A stretch of DNA of 64,000 nt from Blastocatellia bacterium (GTDB taxonomy: Bacteria; Acidobacteriota; Blastocatellia; UBA7656). A program made the translations under genes and the position numbers. Below, one piece after another: positions 43,101 to 50,920 of the stretch. The stretch lies in assembly GCA_963765495.1 (NCBI GenBank), contig CAVXWP010000001.1:672001-736000 (forward strand), read 5' to 3'. The notes beneath the pieces were generated by a model. The model was not told the origin of the DNA and made no database searches. It saw only the letters and a list, made by a program, of their open reading frames with translations. Position 1 is the stretch's first letter. Each line of letters begins with the position of its first letter.

Positions 43101-44554
43101 TGAGCAAGGGACTGAATCCCGGTGTTAGAGGCAGAGACGGCTGCATAAAGCACGTTGCAGGGCCCGCAGGTGATAGCGACGATGTTGCCGAAATTCGTCG
43201 AGGCCCCGGTGTAGTTTGTCAACCTCGTCGAGCCGTTGGTCAGGGCCGTGGTCGAGGTGATTGTCGACGGGGTCGGTATCAACGGGATCACGCGGTTGAT
43301 GCGGCCCGTGTCGCCGCAAACGGTGCGTTTGAGTTCGGTAGCCTTGAAGATGGCAGCGCCTTCCGAACCGGTCCCCGTGCTCGGATTGAGAGTGACGAGG
43401 TTGACCAATTCGAAATACAAGCTGCCGTCATCATCGACGGCCACGCCCGCGACGTTTGAAAACTGGCTGCGGAGCAATTGCCGGACGTTTGTGAACTGAA
43501 CGAATCCGCCAAGCGCATCCGAATTCTCAAACAATCCTATTGCAAAAATGCGAGTACGGATGGGTTGATTGGCGGCATTCGAGGCTCCGCCTTCCGTGTC
43601 GTGAGTCGAGAAGTAAATCACCTCTCCGTGTCGCGCCTCAGGAAACGCATCCGTATCGCACAGGTCAAAATTAGAGTCAGGTCCTTCGGAAAAATCACCG
43701 AGGTCAGCTACGGGGTTAACGGCGATACCGGTTATGGTCACCTGATCGTCTGTGAAATCACCCGCAGTTGGATTCAAAAGCGTGAACCCGTTTGTCGTCC
43801 CTGTTGTGACCAGTTCGGGAACGTTGATGATCAGAATCGTATCTACAAGAGCATCCCCAAAAAAGTCTATGCCGATATAGAGATTGCCGACCGAATCACC
43901 ATAATAATAAATATTGAAGAAGGGATGGCCGTTGCCGCGTGTGTGCTCAGAGATTGCTGCCCGAGTCAAAACGAAATCGATATCAGGCTCAACTTCCGAG
44001 AGATCGTCAATCTTGACGCCGCGATCAACAGCACAATCTTCGCGACCGTCCCAGTCGGCTACCAATGCCACCTCAGAAAACTGAGTGTCGCGTCCGCCGA
44101 CCGTTGTGATGACGGCAGCCGACAAGGCGGCGTTCTCATTCAAAACGACAGGTTGGCCGATCAGAGGCGGGCTAGAGCGGCGAGACTGGCGGCCAGTGAC
44201 GCTGATCTTGCCGTCAGCAGGTCTGGCGATAGAGGCATTGGATCTACCGGCAATACCGGCTGCGATCTGCTGCCTGATAGCCCCGAGTTTGTTTTTAGGA
44301 ACGCGCTTGATGCCGAGTGCATCAAGGGTCGCCTGAGGAATCTTATTGTTGTCGCTTGAAGGCTGAGGAGCCACGGTAGTGGTGGGCTCGACAACCGGAG
44401 CAACAGGACCGGAGGAAGCCGGTCTTGAGGCAAGAGAGGCAATTGGGGGAGTTGAGGCACTGGAGGCCGAGGCGCGAAGGCCAAAGATCGGCACAGCCAG
44501 TGAGACAACTGCCACTGCCAGCACTGCCATCATCACTGCTCTTTTCGTTTTCAT
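40130..44554 (-). CDS. very large secreted Gly/Asp/Cys-rich protein of unknown function with C-terminal Ig/IPT-like domains
   Basis: Signal peptide MKTKRAVMMAVLAVAVVSLAVP after RBS GGAGG. About 1474 aa, many Cys. A nidogen-like segment (NSNGNITFG...IAPAWVDL) and a C-terminal LTVTGSNFKQGA. Confidence 0.75.
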   Translation of the reverse strand: MKTKRAVMMAVLAVAVVSLAVPIFGLRASASSASTPPIASLASRPASSGPVAPVVEPTTTVAPQPSSDNNKIPQATLDALGIKRVPKNKLGAIRQQIAAGIAGRSNASIARPADGKISVTGRQSRRSSPPLIGQPVVLNENAALSAAVITTVGGRDTQFSEVALVADWDGREDCAVDRGVKIDDLSEVEPDIDFVLTRAAISEHTRGNGHPFFNIYYYGDSVGNLYIGIDFFGDALVDTILIINVPELVTTGTTNGFTLLNPTAGDFTDDQVTITGIAVNPVADLGDFSEGPDSNFDLCDTDAFPEARHGEVIYFSTHDTEGGASNAANQPIRTRIFAIGLFENSDALGGFVQFTNVRQLLRSQFSNVAGVAVDDDGSLYFELVNLVTLNPSTGTGSEGAAIFKATELKRTVCGDTGRINRVIPLIPTPSTITSTTALTNGSTRLTNYTGASTNFGNIVAITCGPCNVLYAAVSASNTGIQSLAQGRFKATSTFPDGLPSMVISFADCGGAFDMCSGEAVALIDPNVGGILPIADGRADGGGDFGNWRVFVVGNGPDLPSIGTNALAGNIPITQHIDMQIDFSSHSGIAVNQESTVYVISGGAPAADSGASPFVTEVLCFPDWCPMDRRADYVDYRGNSFPNPPASGGNVGDGDSDRFDHIYYQAPIDTVNLLPTGLSGLAVGFLRQTNRLVGTSPFAIPLADGSPLGVTQTVLGDDDFAGPIIFEDLDPSHQVAGGDDQNTPFRGDDNDGSGDPSLDGALEGGFEFCFGGGTTIGANCDSDGVDVWNAFFWNSNGNITFGEGDPTPSPNVLIFRAGPPRIAPAWVDLNPDTRGADFGLGPDFGTFPVMALGFANINSFKIRWINVPEFGTIGVDEVNFAQCMSSNTFSVTLYDDGTGCDENEAQAFNPANPIGNNAVPFDRQEGPTDLRYTVEPVTGTIVGCPPRNPGSGNFCFEYCRMDLLGTKDRPVLVGYTIGFRDPLNPPGLCASNLSCLAREVEQPDGHFGVIPNCDQAQVGAICPCLIGEGTEPEIYELFNTGVDAVVNSQGQVTFAKPSFDLRFEGNGDCTPLRQDENNRGKVCFYGVGCGEPPNPTCNLVVVPAGAGTPNAGTDIVDRLCAVGVEIVGCGFLPNEVTTICSGIGTETGIPIVRPGKTVTTAVEAVCEVDVKGDGTTEVPIVLANVVPVSKNLITASFPTVSFGSAGAAATSTAFPLGCCGGVVEVIVTTTFTDGDNNVFGDFTRTSVCAVNLGVRAPVVLSASPSSGNCAVPQDILIVGSCFLTPGAVTSVFAVAEDGTVVQATVFTILKNDTIDALFNFGSANAGKVFRIFVTGPGGTSRNLSALVAGQTCNILGNEQGIQVTFTCTTGGNGNGGNPPDIAIVNGCRVNRKSTGAFILTVTGSNFKQGATATVGGAAPKKIKFRDFQSNTNSFNKLLLKGNICGGLPGPIIVKNPAPGGVASLPFVCNDVCASH

Positions 44555-44686
44555 CTTCTGTCCCTCCGAAACGCTGTGGGGCTTCATAACCTGCGACCAT
44601 CACTCCCGAAACACAACCCGGCCCGGGTCGTTTCTGTAAACTCGGTTTCTTAGAATCAAGTCTATTACTGAGGGTCTTATAAAGAC

Positions 44687-44702
44687 TGCATATAATATGC
44701 CA
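44687..44702 (-). promoter_or_regulatory. putative sigma54 promoter of the large secreted protein
   Basis: TGGCATATTATATGCA on the minus strand, GG-N10-GC. Confidence 0.55.
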
Positions 44703-44957
44703 CACACTGGTAAGGTCTTCTGTCGCGGCAAATTCGTGTTATGGTTTTTTCTATCTGGATGGAATTAAAGGGCTGGAAGCATTGGCCTACGAAGTGAACC
44801 GACACTAAAGGTTGCCCCGAGCATGGATACAAAGTTTACGAAAAGTTGTCAAGAAAGTATACAGACGGTACTCAATACCCATTCGATCAGTCAGAAAAGG
44901 CCTTATTTTCTTCTACAATCAGGTGTTCATAAACACAGACGGGGCTTATCTCCTGTG

Positions 44958-46154
44958 TTATATAAACCACTTATTATCCATAAATTGGACGCATATGCGC
45001 TCAAATCCATCCTTTCCGACATAGCGGTTGCGTAATATCGCAAAGCTTTCAAACCCTCTGACAGGGCAAGTGAGTCTGACGATATCAAACTCAGGCGGCG
45101 CAGCCCTGACACAGATGCGAGCGCCGCTGCTGCTGAGATTTTCTGTTCTGCCCATCTCTTTTGAGATTGGTTTCAACGTTTCGGAGAAATATTCGACTGT
45201 GACAATCTCAAGGCGTTCGACTCGCGATATCCTTCGACGTTCGGTACCTCCCCATTTCCCTGTGCGGAATGAGGCCCAGGGTTTTTCGAGATAGCCCGCG
45301 GGCGGATGTTCGCCGATGAACTCAATACCTATCACCCTCGCTCCCTGTTTTGATCGCTCTATGCGCCGCACCAGCCCATAGACGCAATAAGTTGAAGCCG
45401 AATAGCTGTGTGTGCGCAGTTTTACCGGTAAAGGGACCGTAAGGTGTAATACCATTCCGTGTCGAACTCTTCTGTGCAACTGAAATGTGAGTCCGGTCCG
45501 GCTTACATCTATAGTGTTTGTCATCTCGTGCCACTTGCCGGATTTGCGGTCGTGGCCTGTGATGCGCGCAGGCACTGAGAGTCTGAATCGCTCGCATCGG
45601 CGGCGATTGTCGTTGGCCAGATTCTTCGTTGATTCTGTATAGACACCTTGCTGCGCCGGAATATGATTGATGTTTATGGCGGTCTGAGCGGCTGGCGCAG
45701 CCGCAACCGAACCGGCAGCGGGGCGCGCAGGCGGATTAACGCCCGGATTGGTTCTCTTTTCGATGTTGTTTGAAGATGTCCCCAGGCTGATCCTCGGAAG
45801 CACGGAATTGTCGTACTCGGTCCTTCGTCCGAAGTTGGCAAGAACGGAAAAGGCCCACGATGCGCGGCTAAAGGCTCGCTCCATCCTCACCATCAATTTT
45901 TCAGGCAGACTCGTGCTGATTCTGTATGAAGGATAGAGCAGAGCAAGAGCGTGCTGATAGGCGCACCTTATCTCTTCCTGCGTAGCGGCGCGTTGCACCT
46001 CCAGAACCTGATAATGTGTAGCGGAACTCCCAATGTTATCGAGGAACCTTTCAAGTTCCAGATAGTACGCGCTCAATTGCTCGGCAGTATATTCCGGCTC
46101 AGCCGTATGAGGCAAAGCAGATGGAGGTGTCACAAGTATCTCGTTCAAAATCAA
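44958..46154 (-). CDS. degenerate J-domain plus tandem PilZ-domain protein
   Basis: THYQVLEVQRAATQEEIRCAY...RRTEYD (J-like, HPD absent). RRRCERF...DVSRTG and RRRISRV...NLSSSG PilZ motifs. Confidence 0.75.
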   Translation of the reverse strand: MILNEILVTPPSALPHTAEPEYTAEQLSAYYLELERFLDNIGSSATHYQVLEVQRAATQEEIRCAYQHALALLYPSYRISTSLPEKLMVRMERAFSRASWAFSVLANFGRRTEYDNSVLPRISLGTSSNNIEKRTNPGVNPPARPAAGSVAAAPAAQTAININHIPAQQGVYTESTKNLANDNRRRCERFRLSVPARITGHDRKSGKWHEMTNTIDVSRTGLTFQLHRRVRHGMVLHLTVPLPVKLRTHSYSASTYCVYGLVRRIERSKQGARVIGIEFIGEHPPAGYLEKPWASFRTGKWGGTERRRISRVERLEIVTVEYFSETLKPISKEMGRTENLSSSGARICVRAAPPEFDIVRLTCPVRGFESFAILRNRYVGKDGFERICVQFMDNKWFI

Positions 46155-46667
46155 CTCCTCAACCAGGCTCGAAAAGCAATCGTGTTGTGGATGCTAGGGG
46201 CAGTCAAAAGAGGCTTTGCTTGAAATTCACGCCCATTATGATCTGTATATCTGATTTGTCAATCGTGATATTTTACAGCCTGCCGATGAGACTACCCAAA
46301 GGGGGCAGGGAAGCCTTCATCTCAGCAAGAATTATAAGAGAATATTGAAAAGTTTCCGGCAGCCTGCGCCCGGGCCGGGCGCAACCGGGTGTCAGTGAGT
46401 GTTCAAAAAAGCCACAGAGCTGTGCCCGGCTCGACAAGAAAGCCCTTTCTGTCTATATGTCTTTCTGCGGCAGGGCAGGTCCCAATCCGCACACCCGGAA
46501 GTGGAAAACGATCTCGGTCTCTCTTGCCCAGGTAGTCTGAAATCGCTGTCGAATCGCTCATGTAAAAAATTGTAATTGCAGACCCGTTTGCTTGCTCACG
46601 GGCTAAGGGGTGGCTAATAATTTCGCGTGTGAAAAAGTTTGTAGTTTGTACGGAGGAAAGGTAATCC

Positions 46668-47177
46668 ATGAATTCAAGAAGATTGTTCGCATGTGTGATG
46701 CTGCTTTGCCTCGCAACCCCGTTGCTGGCTCAGGAAGGAGGCCGTGGCGAGGCCGAGGTAATGATCAAAGGAAAGAAAATTTCTGTTGATTACGGTCGCC
46801 CCGACCTTAACGGTCGCGACATTTTTTCGCTCGCCCCGACCGGCACCGTCTGGCGGCTGGGCAAAGACAAGGCTACAAAGCTGGTGACAACCGGCGATTT
46901 GATGGTCGGAGGCAAAGCGCTCCCGGCCGGGCAATACTCGCTGTGGGCAAAGAAGACCGGCGATAGCTCCTGGGTGCTTGAGTTTCACCCCAAGGCAGAT
47001 GTCTGGGGCGCGCCCGCGCTCACCGCAGGTTATGTGGCCGAAGTGCCTATGAAATTTGAAAAAGTGGGCGACTCAGCCGAGATGCTCACAATCGCCCTGG
47101 CAGAAAACAAGGGCAAAGGCTGGATAAAGGTTCACTGGGGGAACGGAATGCTCTCTGCTCCTTTTGACGTGAAGTAA
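46668..47177 (+). CDS. secreted DUF2911-like protein
   Basis: Signal peptide, ISVDYGRP, VWRLG, LPAGQYSLW. Confidence 0.75.
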   Translation: MNSRRLFACVMLLCLATPLLAQEGGRGEAEVMIKGKKISVDYGRPDLNGRDIFSLAPTGTVWRLGKDKATKLVTTGDLMVGGKALPAGQYSLWAKKTGDSSWVLEFHPKADVWGAPALTAGYVAEVPMKFEKVGDSAEMLTIALAENKGKGWIKVHWGNGMLSAPFDVK

Positions 47178-47232
47178 TTTTAGCGCAGACCTACCGACGC
47201 GAAGATCGACTCTACAATCCTCTCCTATGAGC

Positions 47233-47263
47233 AAATGGCTATCACAATGTGGTAGCCATTTTT
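47233..47263 (+). terminator. hairpin terminator after the DUF2911-like gene
   Basis: AAATGGCTATCAC-aat-GTGGTAGCCATTT followed by TTT. Confidence 0.6.
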
Positions 47264-47347
47264 TCTGGTTCTTTTCGGGCGCGGGTTTGACTATCAACGA
47301 CTTGTGCGAACACAATCTCAGATTGTAGACTTCGTGACCTGGCAACA

Positions 47348-48130
47348 ATGAACGAAGAAATAAGCCTCGACAAATATCTGGTCGCCGTCTGGCGCGCAAA
47401 GTGGTTCATTATAATCATGGTCCTTGCGGCAGCCGGAATCGCTGCCTATCTGGGACTCAGACAGCCTGCGCTTCACACGGCGGTGGCGCTTATTGAAGTG
47501 GGCCGGGTTTGGAAAAACTCTCTTGAAGACCCTTACGCCACGGCCGAAATCGCAAACAGCCCCGGATTCTATCAGGAGCTTGCCGAAAAGATAGGTGTGA
47601 AGCCGGGACAACTCAAGCGCAGCGTTCAGGCGGAGGCGGTGACTGCCGGGCCGCGCCGATCGCGTTACCCTATACTTGTCCGCATAACCGCTACCGCCGA
47701 AAGCGGCGAACAGGCCGTGCGGTTTGCCGAGGAAGTGGCGGGCGAATTGCTCAGGCGACACGATGAACTTTTTGATGAAGCCCTTCGCCCCAATCTGGAG
47801 CGCCAGCAGAGGATCGAAGAACGCCTGAAAGAATTCTCGTCGCCGTCCTCATCCGAATCGCGCGACCTGAGGCTCAAGCTCGAAAGCGAACTTGATGAAA
47901 TAAAGGTTCAAAATACCTCTCCGACCTTGACGGAAAAATCTCATCTGGCCTCGCCGGTTGTGCAGGCCTCGACAATCCGCCCTTCCGTCTGGCGAGGGGT
48001 CGCCACTACCGCAATCGTTGCCGCCCTGGCAACCGTCGCCGCCGCGATTCTGTTTTCCATTCTCCGGCCCGTCGGCCAGCCAGAAACCGAGCCGGTAGAA
48101 ACCGAGCAGCCAGAAGCCGCAAGCCAATAG
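47348..48130 (+). CDS. Wzz-like polysaccharide chain-length determinant
   Basis: MNEEISLDKYLVAVWRAKW N-terminus, two terminal TM helices flanking a coiled coil. Confidence 0.7.
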   Translation: MNEEISLDKYLVAVWRAKWFIIIMVLAAAGIAAYLGLRQPALHTAVALIEVGRVWKNSLEDPYATAEIANSPGFYQELAEKIGVKPGQLKRSVQAEAVTAGPRRSRYPILVRITATAESGEQAVRFAEEVAGELLRRHDELFDEALRPNLERQQRIEERLKEFSSPSSSESRDLRLKLESELDEIKVQNTSPTLTEKSHLASPVVQASTIRPSVWRGVATTAIVAALATVAAAILFSILRPVGQPETEPVETEQPEAASQ

Positions 48131-48142
48131 TAGAATAAAATT

Positions 48143-49270
48143 ATGCTGAAGATCGTCAACGTAGTCGGCGCTCGACCGAACTTCATGAAGATAGCTCCTG
48201 TGATCGAAGAGATGCGCCGCCGCCCCGACCGGATAGAGCCGCTGCTCGTCCACACGGGTCAGCATTATGACGAGGCCATGAGCGAGTCGTTCTTTGAAGA
48301 CCTCGGAATTCCCCGCCCGGATATAAACCTCGGCATAGGCTCGGCTTCGCACGCCGAGCAAACCGCACGCATCATGATGGCCTTCGAGCGCGTTATCCTT
48401 GAACATCGCCCGGACTGGGTGGTCGTAGTGGGAGATGTAAACTCGACTATGGCGGCGACGCTTGTGGCGTCGAAACTCCTAACCCGCGTGGCTCATATCG
48501 AAGCGGGGCTGCGCAGCCGCGACCGCACGATGCCGGAAGAGATCAATCGCCTTGTGACCGACGCGCTTGCCGATCTGCTGCTGACCCCTTCACCCGACGC
48601 CGACCGAAACCTGCTCGCCGAAGGCGTTCCGGCCTCAAAGATTCGCTTTGTAGGCAATGTGATGATAGACACGCTTTATCGCAGCCTCGAGCGGGCGCGT
48701 GAATCGAAGATGCTCGAAAGGCTGGGGCTTGAGCCAGCGCGATTCTGCGCCATGACTTTGCACAGGCCATCAAATGTGGATGACCCGAATACGCTTTCGG
48801 GCATACTCGACGCGCTCGATGAACTTCAGCGACACCTGCCGCTGGTCTTTCCCGTTCACCCGCGCACGCGCGCTCGCATAGAAGAATTCGGACTCGCTGA
48901 TCGAATCAGTCGTATGCCCAATTTGATAATGACCGAGCCGCTTGGCTATCTCGATTTTCTTCAGCTTTACAGCAACAGTCGTCTGGTGCTGACCGATAGC
49001 GGAGGCATTCAAGAAGAGACTACGGCGCTCGGCATTCCCTGCCTCACACTCAGGCATAACACGGAGCGCCCCATAACCGTGACCGAAGGAACAAACCGCA
49101 TCGTAGGCAATGACCCCGCGGCGATAAAGCGTGAGGCGCTCATCGCTCTCAACGAGCCCGCAGGTCGCGGTCGTGTTCCCGCCTTGTGGGACGGCCACAC
49201 GGCTCGCCGCATCGTTGACGCGATTGAAGGCTATAGCGGGGGCCGGGGGCCGGGGGCCGGGGGCCAGTAG
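48143..49270 (+). CDS. wecB: UDP-N-acetylglucosamine 2-epimerase (non-hydrolysing)
   Basis: VGARPNFMK, HTGQHYD, GDVNST, HIEAGLRS, TDSGGIQEE. Confidence 0.93.
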   Translation: MLKIVNVVGARPNFMKIAPVIEEMRRRPDRIEPLLVHTGQHYDEAMSESFFEDLGIPRPDINLGIGSASHAEQTARIMMAFERVILEHRPDWVVVVGDVNSTMAATLVASKLLTRVAHIEAGLRSRDRTMPEEINRLVTDALADLLLTPSPDADRNLLAEGVPASKIRFVGNVMIDTLYRSLERARESKMLERLGLEPARFCAMTLHRPSNVDDPNTLSGILDALDELQRHLPLVFPVHPRTRARIEEFGLADRISRMPNLIMTEPLGYLDFLQLYSNSRLVLTDSGGIQEETTALGIPCLTLRHNTERPITVTEGTNRIVGNDPAAIKREALIALNEPAGRGRVPALWDGHTARRIVDAIEGYSGGRGPGAGGQ

Positions 49271-49329
49271 CAAGCGAAGCAGTATGTGCCCCTCCGGGGT
49301 CGAGGGCTTTCCTGACATCAGTGATAATT

Positions 49330-50916
49330 ATGGAATTAAGGGAAACAGGCGAGCCGGGCAACTACGCATCACGCATCACCGATCACGCATCACTTGCGAT
49401 CTTTGTTGCGGCGGTCGCGGTCAGCGTGATGGCGGCGGCGCTTTGCGCGGCAGGCAGGTACAGAGAAGCCGCCGGGGTTACGGCTGCCACGATTGCGCTC
49501 GGCGTACTCTTTTCCGCGCGTGCGTCGATAGAATCAATCCTCATCATCTGGTTTGCGGCATCTCCGCTCGTCTCTTTTTACGTTCAGTTTCCGCGAGAAC
49601 AGGCCATCATCACCTTCGACCGCGTGGTCTTCGCGCTTGTATTGATAATGTTTGGCTTTCAATTGCTATCCCGACTTGAGGACACAGCTACGCGGGAACG
49701 CGGCAATGAGTTTAGTCTTCGTCTATCGCATTTTGAAATGATCTGGGCGTTGTTGTCGGTGCTCGCGCTTCTGAGCGTGACGACGAAATCCGAGGATACG
49801 GGCTACGGCACAAGGGTAGCGATTGATTCCTTCTGGCTGCCTCTGGTCGCGTTTTATTTTGCGCGGCACAGGTTTCGGATGCGAGGCCGCGAGGGCTTTA
49901 TCTTTGCGGCTGCCGTCTGCCTGGGTCTGTTTCTGTTCGTTACGGGCGCATACGAATTTCGAACCGGCACGGACCTGTTTGCCTACAAGGGCTCTCAGAT
50001 CGTGCGCGGAGGCGAGATAAGAGTAAACGGGCCGTTTCTTTCGGATTCCTCCTACGCAGGAATATCGCTTCTGGTGAGTCTGTTCCTGATACCGGCGCGC
50101 AGAATATTGCGAGTTCGCCTGGATACAACCGCGAGGATAGCCTATTTCTGTGCCGTAGCCTCGGCGATAATCGCGTCTCTGCTACCGCTGTTCAGGGCAG
50201 TGTGGATAACGCTTGCTTTGAGCGGCCTTATCATTTTTTGGGGGCTCAGGAAAAGCAAAAAAGATTTCGACTCTGTCTCCGCGTCTCCGCGTCTCCGCGT
50301 CTCCGCGTCTCTCCTTCGCATTCGCACATCGCGCGCGCGCATAGTCGCGCTGGTTCTCGTGCTGCTGTCAGCAGCCGTGATCGGTGTGATGTTCAACGGG
50401 GAAGCGTTAGGCAAGAGGCTTTCAAGCCCGGAGAGCGTTTACAGCAGGCTCGCGACCTGGAAGGCGGCAATCGGAATTGCAATCGAGCGCCCTTTGTTTG
50501 GAGTAGGGCTGACGAATTACAGCGATTACTTTCAAGAGAAATACTGGGGCCATGACCGGTCGGGCGAATCGGTGTTCGACGAGCAGGCCGCGGCCTTTCC
50601 GCATTCCAACCTGTTGTGGATCGTCACCGAGATGGGAGTCTTTGCATTTGCCCTCTACATAGCCGCAAATGTATATATTTTTTTGATGGGCTATCGCGCA
50701 TACAAAAAAGCCGGGAACGTTCGGCAGAGGGCGGCGGCCATCTGTTATCTTGCGCTGGTTGTCGCCTACTGGATACCGGGGCTGACGCTGACCAGTGGAA
50801 TATATTCTGACTTGAACCTCTATTTCTTTTTCCTGCTCGGACTGCTGTTGAATATCTCAAGGACCGAAGAGGGGGATTTGCGCGAACGCAGGGAGGCGAG
50901 GCAAGTCGCATCTTAA
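49330..50916 (+). CDS. O-antigen ligase/polymerase (Wzy_C) family membrane protein; start uncertain
   Basis: Many TM helices; RLATWKAA...RPLFGVG...PHSNLL. Confidence 0.8.
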   Translation: MELRETGEPGNYASRITDHASLAIFVAAVAVSVMAAALCAAGRYREAAGVTAATIALGVLFSARASIESILIIWFAASPLVSFYVQFPREQAIITFDRVVFALVLIMFGFQLLSRLEDTATRERGNEFSLRLSHFEMIWALLSVLALLSVTTKSEDTGYGTRVAIDSFWLPLVAFYFARHRFRMRGREGFIFAAAVCLGLFLFVTGAYEFRTGTDLFAYKGSQIVRGGEIRVNGPFLSDSSYAGISLLVSLFLIPARRILRVRLDTTARIAYFCAVASAIIASLLPLFRAVWITLALSGLIIFWGLRKSKKDFDSVSASPRLRVSASLLRIRTSRARIVALVLVLLSAAVIGVMFNGEALGKRLSSPESVYSRLATWKAAIGIAIERPLFGVGLTNYSDYFQEKYWGHDRSGESVFDEQAAAFPHSNLLWIVTEMGVFAFALYIAANVYIFLMGYRAYKKAGNVRQRAAAICYLALVVAYWIPGLTLTSGIYSDLNLYFFFLLGLLLNISRTEEGDLRERREARQVAS

Positions 50917-50920
50917 TCAA

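Noticed and set aside
46200-46660. c-di-GMP riboswitch upstream of the PilZ gene
   Set aside because: Some short GC stems are present, but I could not find the conserved class I or II aptamer features on either strand.
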